The notes: a model not told the origin generated them from the letters alone. 64,000 nucleotides of DNA from an uncultured Methylomirabilota bacterium (GCA_963705305.1 OY970067.1:4352001-4416000), one strand, 5' to 3'; positions 32,972 through 42,450 are shown, counted from the first letter of the stretch. Numbers and translations: made by a program.

Positions 32972-33365
32972 GCGCCACCTGCTCGAGGTAGTAGCGATAC
33001 CTATGGCGGAAATCCTCAAACGCCTTCGCCGTCCGGTACGCCAACTCGTACAGGGCCTCCTCGTCCCGGCTGTACAGTACCCGGCCCTCCCGGAGAACGC
33101 GACGGCGAATGTAGAGCGGAAGCTGCTGGAAGACGCGAATGTCGAATCCTTCGGGTGTGGTCGCCAAGTACTCCAAACGCACCTCGGCTGCCGCAGCCCC
33201 CGTCCCACTGGTCCGGCATGGGTCGAGGACCAGGCAGACGTCCACATCCGAGCGGGGCCCCTGCTCTCCCCGGACACGGCTTCCGAAGAGCACCACCGCC
33301 AACAGGCGCGTGTCCGCTGCCGCTTTTTTGAGAAGGTTGTCGATCGAGGCGCTGTCAGACGTCAT
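32958..33365 (-). CDS. MNT/MntA-type nucleotidyltransferase (pair 2)
   Basis: FGSRVRGEQGPRSDVD. Confidence 0.9.
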   Translation of the reverse strand: MTSDSASIDNLLKKAAADTRLLAVVLFGSRVRGEQGPRSDVDVCLVLDPCRTSGTGAAAAEVRLEYLATTPEGFDIRVFQQLPLYIRRRVLREGRVLYSRDEEALYELAYRTAKAFEDFRHRYRYYLEQVAHAGS

Positions 33366-33489
33366 CTGGACCAGATAGGGGACCCGGCCGTTTCTGCGCT
33401 GTCAAGGCACATTCCTCCTCGCGATGCCGAGTCCTGAACGCATCTCACACCTGCTGCCTGCCGTCGTTCCCCCGGGACCGCTCCCGGAT

Positions 33490-33650
33490 GGTCTCTCACG
33501 CCCCACCGTAGTGGTCGCATCCGGCCTGCTCGCTGCCACCCGAGCGGCCTACCCGGCCTCGTCCGGGCTGCTGAGAGCGGGAGCGGCGCGCCAGGGTCCC
33601 CCGGCGGTCCCACCGGGCCGCCACGTTGCATGAATCGCGCTGCCAGCTCC
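33490..33650 (-). ncRNA. Putative bridge/seek RNA of the IS110 element
   Basis: Stem-TGCAACGT-hairpin-GGGGGAC-stem (target guides), then GGCCGGGT-hairpin...ACTAC (donor guides); RNA ends are approximate. Confidence 0.7.
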
Positions 33651-33683
33651 CCGGGGAAGACAGACGCTGTCCCGCCGGCCGGC

Positions 33684-34889
33684 TCAGCGGACCTGCCGCT
33701 GGAGCCCGCCCGTCCGGCGTGGGTCGTACGGGGTCCCGCTCCGCCACACGCCCCAGACGACCCGGAGCACTTTCGCCGCCAGTTCGACGATCGCCTTGAA
33801 GCCAGCGAAGCGGTCCCCCTGGCGCTTCGCTTTCAAGGCGGCGAGCCGGGCCCGCCCCGCGGCGGTCCGCGCCAGTCCCAGCGCCGCGTGGTACAGCGCC
33901 CAACGCAGAAGGCTGCGCCCGCACTTGGAGATTCGCGCCTGCCCCGCGAACTGCCCGGATTGCACCCGCACGATGTCCAGCCCCGCGAGCTTCCGGAGCT
34001 GGGAGAACTTCGTGAACCAGGCGATGTCCCCGATCTCGGCCAGGAGGATCGCGGCCACGGTCGGCCCGACCCCCGGGATCGTCCGGAGGAGCGCGTAGGC
34101 CGGGAGCCGCTCGGCGAGGGGCGTCAGGGCCTGCTCGACCGCGGCGGTGCGGGCCTGAACAGCATCGACCTGGGCCCCGAGGTCCGCACAGGCCGTGGCG
34201 AGCCCGACCGGCAGCCGTCCCTTCGCCACCGCTGGGCGCCCGGGGGCCGCCGGCTCCCAGGCCTGGAGCACCGCCGGCAGCTCCGCCCGCAGGCGGTTGG
34301 GCAGGGGCTCCCCCATCGGCCCGAGGGCCGGGCGGAGGGTCGTGCGCCAGCGCGCCTTGCAGGCCGCCAGCTCGCTCCGGGCCCGGCGGAGGCACTTGAC
34401 CAAGTGCCGCAACTCGACGCGGGGGCCATCGGGCCGGCTGTAGAACAGCACCTTCCCCTGTTCGAGGAGGTCGGCGCAGTTGGCGGCGTCCTTCCGGTCG
34501 CCCTTGTCCCAGGTCCCGTCCTGGGTCCGGCGGTTCCAGTAGGCCACGCTGCTGGAGAACAGGACGACGTCGGCGCCCTGCGTCTCCAGGAACACCGCGA
34601 GGGCCTGGTGGTAGGTCCCCGTGGGCTCGAGGCCACAGACCACCTCGCGGCACCCGGTGCTCCGCTGGGCCTGCTGGATCCGCGCCCAGAGCTGGGCGAA
34701 GCCCCGGGTGGTGTTCGGGATCGTGAGGGTGGGCACGACCACCCGGGTGTGGGCCTGCCGGAGGTGCACCACGTGTTCGACTTGGGCGACGTCGATCCCG
34801 ACCAGGAGGCGCTGGCGGTTGATGCGTAAGGTGGCCTTCAGCTCCCGGAACCGCTTGACACGCGTGGCATTGTCTCGCATCGTAGCCAT
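33684..34889 (-). CDS. IS110-family DEDD recombinase/transposase
   Basis: VGIDVA, GLEPTG.Y, KGDRKDA, TIPGVGP..AA..LAEIGD, QSG, ISKCG...LR. Confidence 0.93.
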   Translation of the reverse strand: MATMRDNATRVKRFRELKATLRINRQRLLVGIDVAQVEHVVHLRQAHTRVVVPTLTIPNTTRGFAQLWARIQQAQRSTGCREVVCGLEPTGTYHQALAVFLETQGADVVLFSSSVAYWNRRTQDGTWDKGDRKDAANCADLLEQGKVLFYSRPDGPRVELRHLVKCLRRARSELAACKARWRTTLRPALGPMGEPLPNRLRAELPAVLQAWEPAAPGRPAVAKGRLPVGLATACADLGAQVDAVQARTAAVEQALTPLAERLPAYALLRTIPGVGPTVAAILLAEIGDIAWFTKFSQLRKLAGLDIVRVQSGQFAGQARISKCGRSLLRWALYHAALGLARTAAGRARLAALKAKRQGDRFAGFKAIVELAAKVLRVVWGVWRSGTPYDPRRTGGLQRQVR

Positions 34890-35275
34890 GGGGTTCTTCC
34901 TCCTCTGTACGGGGTGAGTGGATGGCTCTCTGCACACCCCTACCAATAGCGAGGAAGAACCCCTTTTGGAACCTGCCATTTTCACCAGAAGGGGCCCAGA
35001 CTGTGGGAGTCTAGTCGCTGGTACCTGGTTCATGCGGGTAATACTACGCTGCGACATTATTGACCGTATTCTGGAGCATAGGGCGCAGGGCATGGCGAGG
35101 GCCTACGGCCCGAGAGAGGCGCGAGGCGGCCGGAGCGATCGCAAGCGCACCATTTCGAAGATCGAAATTGAAAGAGCTTGTCGTGGCGATCTTTGCGTGA
35201 GGCATCGGGCCCGTTCCTCATGCCACTTGGCACGAGAACCACGGAGGCGGCTGCGACGCCCAGGGCCCGACGCAT

Positions 35276-35533
35276 TCAGGCTGTCCTACGGGTAAGTGGG
35301 TATGCGTGGCGGACACCGATAAGCCGATCGATCGAAAGATCCTCATCGAGTGCCGGCCAGTGGATACCATACCCGACCGCTGAAATCTCGTAGTTCGCCC
35401 GTTGCTCTGGTGTCGCGTTGGCAAGCTGTGGAGAGTGCCGCGCGATGTCCACCTCGTAATCCTTCCCATCAACGCGGAGCCGCAGAATTGTCCCCTGCAA
35501 GCTGGCCACACTCACTTCGTGGGCCTTATCCAT
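35276..35533 (-). CDS. DUF2442 family protein (putative antitoxin)
   Basis: L.NATPEQR.NYEIS..GYGIHWPALDEDLSI. Confidence 0.85.
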   Translation of the reverse strand: MDKAHEVSVASLQGTILRLRVDGKDYEVDIARHSPQLANATPEQRANYEISAVGYGIHWPALDEDLSIDRLIGVRHAYPLTRRTA

Positions 35534-35783
35534 TTCGCTGCTCCTGAAATCGCTGCCATTCAGCGACAATGTATTCGAAGTGCGCAAAGATTATTCGCCT
35601 AACAGTTCGTTTATCGGCTGAACTCAAGTTGTACGCGTGCGCCTCGATCGCCTCATACCCGTCTGCGTCCAACCAATATTTCGCCTCAGCATTTCCTTTG
35701 CGGCAATGGACGTGCATCGGCTCATCCCGCTCATTCGCGTAAAAGAAAAACCGCCAGCCGAGGATGAGCAGGATTGTCGGCAC
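35526..35783 (-). CDS. DUF4160 family protein (putative toxin)
   Basis: PTIL...GWRFFFYANE..EPMHVH..KG.AEAK.WL. Confidence 0.85.
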   Translation of the reverse strand: MPTILLILGWRFFFYANERDEPMHVHCRKGNAEAKYWLDADGYEAIEAHAYNLSSADKRTVRRIIFAHFEYIVAEWQRFQEQRNG

Positions 35784-35844
35784 CTTACTCGCACGCAATT
35801 CGGTGATGGTTTACCACTTTATTGGCCACGGGGAAAGAAAAGGC

Positions 35845-35945
35845 CGCAGGAGCCCCTCTCGAATCAGCACCTCTGCCGCCCGGCGGGCTTCGTCTCCCCG
35901 CGCGAGTTCCCGCTGGATGGCGCCCCATCGGTCCCCGGGACTCAC
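35845..35945 (-). pseudogene. 5' stub of a HEPN gene (pair 3), truncated
   Basis: GTG overlaps the MNT stop; ELARGDEARRAAEVLIREGL resembles the first HEPN helix, then the similarity ends. Confidence 0.55.
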
Positions 35946-36277
35946 ACGGCCACCCCGTCACGCTCGATCTCGCGCGCCAGTCTGCGCCCACTCTGCCTGG
36001 GGGCCGCGAAGCCTTGCCGCGAAAGCACGAGAGGCGAGATGAGCACGTCGGTCTGCAGGAACACCTCGTAGGCCAGGTCGAAGATCCGCCGGCGAACCGG
36101 GAGGTCATCCGAGGCCACCACGACCAGCACATCCACATCCGAATCCGGTCCCCCCTCGCCGCGTGCCCGGGAGCCGAACACGGTGCCGGCCGCCTCCTGG
36201 TCGGATAGCTCACGGCGAACCCGCCCCACGAAACCCTGTACGGCCGCCCACTCTTCCCCGGTCAGCGACTGGCCCAT
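35942..36277 (-). CDS. MNT nucleotidyltransferase (pair 3)
   Basis: FGSRARGEGGPDSDVD...EIERDGV. Confidence 0.88.
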   Translation of the reverse strand: MGQSLTGEEWAAVQGFVGRVRRELSDQEAAGTVFGSRARGEGGPDSDVDVLVVVASDDLPVRRRIFDLAYEVFLQTDVLISPLVLSRQGFAAPRQSGRRLAREIERDGVAV

Positions 36278-36381
36278 AGCCTGTAGCCCCTCTTGCGCTC
36301 AAACGACCGGTGGCCCCTCGCTATTATAGCCATAATCCGGGGTGGGCGAAAGATCGGGAAGTAGGAAGCGAATTTTGGTCG

Positions 36382-37425
36382 CTAACATGCCACACGCTCA
36401 ACGGCGGCCGCATCCGCGTCGACCATCATCCACACCAGTTCTTCGAACCCAACTCGCGGGGCCCACCCAAGGACTCGTTTGGCCTTCGAGGCATCGCCCA
36501 AAAGAAAATCTACTTCTGTCGGGCGGAAGTAGCGCGGGTTGATTTCGATCAGGGTACGGCCGTCGGGGCCAACGGCCTTCTCCTCCACGCCCACCCCTTC
36601 CCACCGCAGCGGGATGCCGGCGCGGGCAAAGGCAAGCTCGCAGAACCCCCGCACGGAGTGCGCCTCGCCTGTGGCGATGACGTAGTCGTCCGGCTCGGGC
36701 GCCTGGAGCATCCTCCACATGGCCTCGACGTAGTCGCCCGCGAACCCCCAATCCCGCTTGGCGTCCAGGTTCCCGAGAGCCAGCCGGTCCTGGAGCCCCG
36801 CCTTGATCCGCGCCACCGAGCGGGTGATCTTCCGGGTGACGAATGCCTCGCCCCGCCGGGGGCTCTCGTGGTTGAAGAGGATCCCGTTGACCGCGAACAT
36901 CCCGTACGCCTCCCGATAGTTCCGGGTGATATAAAAGGCGTAGGCCTTGGCGGCGGCGTAGGGGCTGCGGGGGTAGAACGGCGTCGTCTCGCGCTGGGGC
37001 GTCTCCACCACCTTCCCGTACAGCTCTGACGAGGAGGCCTGGTAGAAGCGGGCGTTCAGATCCAGCTCGCGCATCGCCTCCAGCAGCCAGATCGTACTGA
37101 CCCCCGTCACCTCCGCGGTGTACTCGGGCACCTCGAAGGAGACCTTGACGTGGGACTGGGCCCCCAGATTGTAGATCTCGTCCGGCCGGACCAGCTTCAG
37201 CAGCCGGTTCAGCGACGAGGCGTCGTTCAGATCCCCGTACGCAAGATGCAACCGGACCTCGCGGATGGCGGGATCCTGGTACAGGTGGTCGATCCGCTCC
37301 CGGTTGAAGGACGAGGAGCGGCGCACCACCCCCCACACCTCGTACCCCTTGGCAAGCAGCAGCTCCGCCAGGTACGACCCGTCCTGCCCGGTGATGCCGG
37401 TGATCAACGCTCTCCTACCGCTCAT
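36382..37425 (-). CDS. gmd: GDP-mannose 4,6-dehydratase
   Basis: [46 protein letters not shown]. Confidence 0.96.
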   Translation of the reverse strand: MSGRRALITGITGQDGSYLAELLLAKGYEVWGVVRRSSSFNRERIDHLYQDPAIREVRLHLAYGDLNDASSLNRLLKLVRPDEIYNLGAQSHVKVSFEVPEYTAEVTGVSTIWLLEAMRELDLNARFYQASSSELYGKVVETPQRETTPFYPRSPYAAAKAYAFYITRNYREAYGMFAVNGILFNHESPRRGEAFVTRKITRSVARIKAGLQDRLALGNLDAKRDWGFAGDYVEAMWRMLQAPEPDDYVIATGEAHSVRGFCELAFARAGIPLRWEGVGVEEKAVGPDGRTLIEINPRYFRPTEVDFLLGDASKAKRVLGWAPRVGFEELVWMMVDADAAAVERVAC

Positions 37426-37487
37426 TGGAAGATGCCCGCTCACTGGTTTATCCATCCTGCGTTACTCATTACACCGTGAAGGGGTCA

Positions 37488-37552
37488 GCCTCCGGCCCGG
37501 GTTCCACCCCGTAGGGGCTCCACCCCGGAGGGAGGGCCTACGGCCCGGAGGG
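37488..37552 (-). repeat. GC-rich palindromic REP/MITE-like element
   Basis: Reverse copy of CCCTCCGGGCCGTAGGCCCTCCCTCCGGGGTGGAGCCCCTACGGGGTGGAACCCGGGCCGGAGGC; also at ~48333, ~52788, ~54940, ~63736, partial at ~46685. Confidence 0.85.
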
Positions 37553-37756
37553 TGGTCAGTGGTCCTGCAATCCACCTTCCTATTCGACTTTCCATTGCGC
37601 CCCTTGCGTGAGAAAAGCCCGACTCCGGTCTCACGCCAAGATCGCAAAGCTCGCCAAGAAGGGCCCTCGTAAATCTCGAACACAACTGTGAACGTTGTTG
37701 ACTGTGTTGACTCGCGATTTGGAGGCAACGCCGTCGCCGTCCAACGACTGCACGAG

Positions 37757-38173
37757 TCAAAGGAGGCTGGCCACGGTGCCGGCGAAGGCCCGCAGGTCCT
37801 CCAGGCTCCGGTGCAGGACATCGTACACCTGCCCATAGTCGATCTTCCAGTACACGTGCACCAGGAGGTTGCGGAACCGCGCCATCTGCTGGAGGCGTCC
37901 GGCCAAGTCCGCCGGCAGGAGACCAGCGTCCTTCAGGATGGCGAAGCACTCCGCGTATTCCTCGGGGACCTTCTGCAGGCGTCGCGCGGAGACGTGGTAG
38001 CAGAGCGCCAGCGCGGCCTCGATCGCCACCAGAAGCCGATAGCATGCCAGATCCAGCGTGTCCTGGTCCGCCAGGAACCGCTCGCGCGGCAGACCGCGAA
38101 GTCGCTCCAGGCGCTGCACCGACTCCACGATCTCGGCGCAGCGCGCCCGCACGAGATCCGGACTGAGGTTCAT
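37757..38173 (-). CDS. DUF86/HepT-type HEPN RNase (pair 4)
   Basis: RFRNLLVHVY; ATGA overlap with the MNT. Confidence 0.9.
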   Translation of the reverse strand: MNLSPDLVRARCAEIVESVQRLERLRGLPRERFLADQDTLDLACYRLLVAIEAALALCYHVSARRLQKVPEEYAECFAILKDAGLLPADLAGRLQQMARFRNLLVHVYWKIDYGQVYDVLHRSLEDLRAFAGTVASLL

Positions 38174-38592
38174 GCGGCAAAGGACTCCACGGTTGCCTGC
38201 CGCAGCAGCGGCGCGATGTCCAGATAGCGCGAGGCGGTGCGTTCGACCACCTCTGCCAGAACGGCCTCGTCCCGGCACAGCACGAGCCTGCCCCGCAGGA
38301 CATGGTACAGGAACGACAGCGGGGCCGCGTTCACGACGCGGACATCCAGCAGAACCCGCAGGAGACGCTGCAGCCGCGCGCCCAGGTCCAGCTCGTAGTC
38401 CATCGGGCTCCTGCCGGCCAGCAGCTCTGGCCTCACCCACACCGCCACATCAACGTCGCGGAACGGGAGGGGCTCCACAAACGAGCCGTACAGGTAGGCG
38501 AAGGACACGCCAGGATCGTCCTCCAGCGCAGAAGCCAAGCGCTCTCGGATCTCTCTTCGCCGGTCCTCGTCCATGTGATGCAGCCGGGTCAT
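38170..38592 (-). CDS. MNT nucleotidyltransferase (pair 4)
   Basis: FAYLYGSF....FRDVDVAV, DVRVVNAAP. Confidence 0.88.
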   Translation of the reverse strand: MTRLHHMDEDRRREIRERLASALEDDPGVSFAYLYGSFVEPLPFRDVDVAVWVRPELLAGRSPMDYELDLGARLQRLLRVLLDVRVVNAAPLSFLYHVLRGRLVLCRDEAVLAEVVERTASRYLDIAPLLRQATVESFAA

Positions 38593-38765
38593 CTCAACTC
38601 CATACGTCGAGCGTCGATCGAATCCCCCGTTTGCACATTCTGCAGCTTGCGCCTTCCATGGCCATCCTCTATGCGTCCAGGTCCCGGTAACATCCGATTC
38701 ACTTGACCCTCACGCGTTGGCGCTCCATCTCACCCGCTCCCCGTTTCCCCGGCTCGCCTCAATCT

Positions 38766-38794
38766 GGGGGACGTTGTAACCTTAATTACCTTTT
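38766..38794. repeat. Conserved array site, type B
   Basis: GGGGGACGTTGTAACCTTAATTACCTTTT. Confidence 0.9.
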
Positions 38795-38934
38795 TGCGAA
38801 GCGCACGGGGCAAAGCGCAGAGGGCATGGCGCAAAAACCGGTGGTCAGAGGTCGGAACGTCGGTGGTCAGGAGTCAGCTTGCGTCTGAAGGCTGACACCT
38901 GATTCCTGGAACTGGCGATCTCTGGATAGAAACA

Positions 38935-39360
38935 TCAAATGAGAGACCTGATGGCTTGACAAAGCTTCCTGAAGGAGGGCTCAGACTCACGGAGGAATCG
39001 GTCGATGGATCGCCAGCGGACATCCTGATATTGATGCGCCAGGATGTTTCTCAGGCCCGCCCAGCGCGAAATATCCTCCCCGAATTCCGGCTCGAAATAT
39101 GGGAGCGAGCCGAGCTCCCTCAGTGCTTCCCTATAGGTGGATGGTATGGTCCGCCCGTCGCATACCAAAAGGACCTTGGCGATGTCGATGGCACAGTTCA
39201 CCAGATTTTCGATCCACCGCTCCAGATTCCTCCGCAGATCCCGATCCGACTGGTAGGCTTTCCAATCCATGCCCGCGAACCGAGGAAAATCTGCCAGCTC
39301 CGCTTCCAGAAAGTCCACGTACCGGATCAGGCGCTCCCGATCCTCAGGCAGCAGCGGCAT
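38935..39360 (-). CDS. DUF86/HepT-type HEPN RNase (pair 5)
   Basis: ERWIEN.VN..IDIAK, LRNILAHQY. Confidence 0.9.
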   Translation of the reverse strand: MPLLPEDRERLIRYVDFLEAELADFPRFAGMDWKAYQSDRDLRRNLERWIENLVNCAIDIAKVLLVCDGRTIPSTYREALRELGSLPYFEPEFGEDISRWAGLRNILAHQYQDVRWRSIDRFLRESEPSFRKLCQAIRSLI

Positions 39361-39787
39361 GCTTCCGCAGCTCCTTGAGCCTCCAGAAGCTCTCGGACCA
39401 CTCGCGGAAATCCGCGGCTTCGGAGCTGGTGCGCACCAGGAAGTCAAGATACAGTCCGCGATCCTTGATTACGAGCGAAACGCCCCGCAGAGCCGCCTCG
39501 GCCACCCTCGCGGGCGCCCGATTGAGGACGATCAGGTCCACCTCTCGTCCAACGATCTCCTCGATGCCGGCGCAGAGTGCCTCTTCTCTTTCCGGATCCT
39601 CAAAAAGCCCCTCCTCTCTCTCAGCGGAGGGAGATCGGAGGTACACGGCGACATCGAGATCCGACTCCACGCCCTCGCGATCCTTCACCCAAGAGCCAAA
39701 CAGGAACGCCATGGCTACGTCTTCCTGCCGTTCGAGCAGGCGACTAAGCTCTGAAATGGCCCGGGACTTTTCGTTCGAGGAAATCAT
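39344..39787 (-). CDS. MNT nucleotidyltransferase (pair 5)
   Basis: FLFGSWVKDREGVESDLD, VDLIVLNRAP. Confidence 0.9.
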   Translation of the reverse strand: MISSNEKSRAISELSRLLERQEDVAMAFLFGSWVKDREGVESDLDVAVYLRSPSAEREEGLFEDPEREEALCAGIEEIVGREVDLIVLNRAPARVAEAALRGVSLVIKDRGLYLDFLVRTSSEAADFREWSESFWRLKELRKHAAAA

Positions 39788-39811
39788 GATTTGGGGGACC
39801 CGTGGAACCTA

Positions 39812-39839
39812 GGGGACGTTGTAACATTAATTACTTTAT
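39812..39839. repeat. Conserved array site, A/B hybrid
   Basis: GGGGACGTTGTAACATTAATTACTTTAT; an extra GGGGGAC at 39793. Confidence 0.88.
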
Positions 39840-39896
39840 GCCGAACGGCACAGAGCAGAGAGCAGAAGGAGATTCGAAATTCGAAATTGAATACCT

Positions 39897-40346
39897 TCAC
39901 GGTTCGTCACTCGAGAGGATTCCCATCTCATCGCGTGCCTGGAAGAACTCCCGAACGGCGCTGACGATCCGGCCCGCCGCCGCCAGCGCCCGCTCCGCTG
40001 TTTGCCGGTCATAGAATTGGTGAGGGTACCCCGCGGGCAGCCCGTTCGGATAGCGGGATGGAATGTAATGCAGGTCCAGCTCACGTGCGAAATCCAGCAG
40101 GCCTGTCACCACATCCGCCATCTTGGCCGCCTCCTGAACCATTTCCACCAGCGAATGGCTCAAGAGCGCCTCCCTTCTCGCCCCTTGATAGTACAGGAAG
40201 GACTTCAAGGCCTTTTCCCCGGCCTGCTGCGCAAGGAAACAGGCCGTATCGTGGAAGCCTCCCTCGATATTCCAGGCCACCGCCTTCAGGTCGAAGGTCG
40301 CCTGGTGAAACCAGCGCCGGGCCTCGGCCTGTGCCTTACCGGCCAT
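39897..40346 (-). CDS. HEPN domain protein (pair 6)
   Basis: ACFLAQQAGEKALK, SHSL, LDLHYIPSRYP. Confidence 0.9.
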   Translation of the reverse strand: MAGKAQAEARRWFHQATFDLKAVAWNIEGGFHDTACFLAQQAGEKALKSFLYYQGARREALLSHSLVEMVQEAAKMADVVTGLLDFARELDLHYIPSRYPNGLPAGYPHQFYDRQTAERALAAAGRIVSAVREFFQARDEMGILSSDEP

Positions 40347-40671
40347 GGACCAGGACCCCCTCTTCCTGGATCATCTCCACAAACGCGTTCCCTTCCTCGC
40401 GCATCCGCCCGAACTCCTCCGGGGTGTACACGAGAATGTCCACGCCTCCCACCCCCGCCGGCAGGAGGCCTGCGACCTTCCGCAATCGCTCGAAGAAGGA
40501 ATCCAACGTCCGCTTGACAATCACGAGATCGAGGTCGCTCAGGATATCCGCCTCTCCCCGCGCGTAGGATCCGAACACGTAGATCCGATCGGCACCATAC
40601 GGCGTGAGGGCCTCGAGGAGACGGGCGACCTTCGGAGTATTGCGGATGTCGTTCACGCTCTCAGGACACAT
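40336..40671 (-). CDS. MNT nucleotidyltransferase (pair 6)
   Basis: FGSYARGEADILSDLD, DILVYTPEE. Confidence 0.9.
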   Translation of the reverse strand: MCPESVNDIRNTPKVARLLEALTPYGADRIYVFGSYARGEADILSDLDLVIVKRTLDSFFERLRKVAGLLPAGVGGVDILVYTPEEFGRMREEGNAFVEMIQEEGVLVHGR

Positions 40672-40687
40672 CGTTCATCATGGCTTT

Positions 40688-40716
40688 GGGGGACGTAGCG
40701 ACATTATTGACTTTAT
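40688..40716. repeat. Conserved array site, type A
   Basis: GGGGGACGTAGCGACATTATTGACTTTAT; the following ~40 bp are also near-identical to 31193-31232. Confidence 0.9.
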
Positions 40717-40882
40717 TGTGGGGCACAGGGCAGAGGGCACAGAGCATAGCGCGAAGGGCGAAGGGAAAGTCGGAATTGGAATTTCGAAGTTCGAAATGAA
40801 GAACTCTTGCCTCGCGCCAAGATCGCCAAGACAAGCATCCCAGAGGTTCGGGCCCCTGATCCGATATGTGGGACATGGAGGC

Positions 40883-41266
40883 TCACCGCTCGCGCGACTC
40901 CAGTCGCGTGACCCGCTCGTTCAAGGAGGCGTAGTTGCCTTCCAGCTCCTGGAGCCGTTGTTCGAGCTGAGCGTAGGAGAAGCGGATGGCCGCACGCGTC
41001 TCGGCGAACCCCTCCTCCACCTTCCGCTCCAGCCGGTCGAGTCGTTGATTCGTCTCGGCGAGGCCCTCAGCGAGCTGGCGCACGTCATCACGCACTGCCT
41101 CGACGAGGACCCCCATGTGCCGGCGGGTTTCCTCCTGCTGCGCCCGGACCTCTTCCTTTGCGGCCACCTGTTCGAACCGGCGATCCACCTGTTCGAACCG
41201 GCTGTCCACTTCGTCGAACTTCCGCCCGATGAACTCGGTCAGCCGGCTGTACTCATCATTCGTCAT
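40883..41266 (-). CDS. Small coiled-coil hypothetical protein
   Basis: Heptad repeats (FEQVDRRFEQV, LEQRLQELE); GGGAG RBS. Confidence 0.7.
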   Translation of the reverse strand: MTNDEYSRLTEFIGRKFDEVDSRFEQVDRRFEQVAAKEEVRAQQEETRRHMGVLVEAVRDDVRQLAEGLAETNQRLDRLERKVEEGFAETRAAIRFSYAQLEQRLQELEGNYASLNERVTRLESRER

Positions 41267-41387
41267 CGGCTACTCCCGATCGCACAGGGCATGGGGCAGA
41301 GGGCAAAGGGCATAGCGCGAAGGGCAGAGAGCGCGGACCACGGGACCACTGACCACCGACTCCCGGCACTTAGGGGATTACCCCGCA

Positions 41388-41801
41388 CTAGATCCATCCC
41401 ATCACGGCCGTCTTGAACCGGGTGAAATCACCGAGGTGCTCCCGGAGGGTGCCCAGGACCATGCCGGGGTCTATCCGGGCATACTCGTGAACGATCAGGT
41501 TGCGGAATCCGCTCATCCGAATCATGGCATCCCGTTGGGTTGAGTCCAGGAGGCCAGCCTCCGCCAGGACGGTGAAGGATTCGGCATGGGTCGCAGGCAC
41601 CCGCAGTCTTCGGTCCGCAATGACGTGGTTGGCGATGTCAAGGCAGACCTCGATGGCCAACTGGAGGGTCCGCTCTACAATGCGCTGGGTCCTCCAATCC
41701 TTGCGGTACTCCTCGACCGTGACATTCCGGTACTCCGATGCCTGATCCACGTACTGATCCAGGTCCGCCAGCTTCCGGAGGATCAGGTCCCGGTCAACCA
41801 C
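41388..41801 (-). CDS. DUF86/HepT-type HEPN RNase (pair 7)
   Basis: VDRDLILRKL, ERTLQLAIE..LDIA, GFRNLIVHEY. Confidence 0.9.
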   Translation of the reverse strand: MVDRDLILRKLADLDQYVDQASEYRNVTVEEYRKDWRTQRIVERTLQLAIEVCLDIANHVIADRRLRVPATHAESFTVLAEAGLLDSTQRDAMIRMSGFRNLIVHEYARIDPGMVLGTLREHLGDFTRFKTAVMGWI

Positions 41802-42216
41802 CGGCGAACCTCCGGGCCAGGAGCCGGTGCTCAAACGCGCGGAAGTCGAAAAACTCGCGCAGTGCCAGGGACTCGAACCGGTGGCGGCAGAATGGATTGC
41901 GGTCGCAGATGACCTCGCGGTTCAGGAGGATCCGTCCTACCAGCGCCGATGGCGCCGTGTTCAGGACGACCAAGTCCACCTCGTCCGTCCCCAGATGCGC
42001 GGTGATCGCCCCGACGATCTCGAACCGCTGCTCCGCTGCGTCCACTGCCGGATCAAGGTACACCGCCACGTCGACATCGCTGAGCGGGCCGACCCGGCCG
42101 CGGGCCGCGCCCCCAAAGAGGTACCCGAACACGACACCGGGGCACGTCTCCAGCACCCGGCCGAGGGTGCTCAGCCGCTCGCGGATGTTTGCAGGCAGAG
42201 GCTTCTCTCGGATCAT
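41794..42216 (-). CDS. MNT nucleotidyltransferase (pair 7)
   Basis: YLFGGAARGRVGPLSDVD (GG variant of GS), VDLVVLNTAP. Confidence 0.88.
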   Translation of the reverse strand: MIREKPLPANIRERLSTLGRVLETCPGVVFGYLFGGAARGRVGPLSDVDVAVYLDPAVDAAEQRFEIVGAITAHLGTDEVDLVVLNTAPSALVGRILLNREVICDRNPFCRHRFESLALREFFDFRAFEHRLLARRFAGG

Positions 42217-42450
42217 GATACCCTTGCGGCGCAGGGCAGAGGGCAAAGAGCAAAGACCAGGGATCAGGGGTCAGGAATCAGTGGTCAGAGGTCAGGATGT
42301 CAGGCGTCAGCCTCCAGACAGGGTTGCTCTACTTTGCGTGCTTTGCGTGAGGAGAGCTCGGACCTAGTCTCACGCTCAGATCGCTAAGCTCGCCAAGAAG
42401 GCCCCTTTTCACTTTCGAAGTTCGAATTTCGCATTTCGAATTTGCTCTCG

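Larger units (their letters stand above)
33384..35047 (-). mobile_element. IS110-family element inserted into an array site
   Basis: Removing 33384-35047 restores GGGGAC|GCTGCGACATTATTGAC; the AC core is present at both junctions (33382-83 and 35046-47); no TSD or terminal IR. Confidence 0.85.

Noticed and set aside
31164..40716. Array sites as CRISPR repeats
   Set aside because: Spacing is irregular and up to kilobases, the intervals contain whole genes, and no cas genes are present.
31164..40716. Array sites as canonical integron attC or Xer dif sites
   Set aside because: No RYYYAAC...GTTRRRY long palindrome, no TTATGTTAAAT-like XerD arm and no tyrosine integrase in the window; a formal covariance search was not run.
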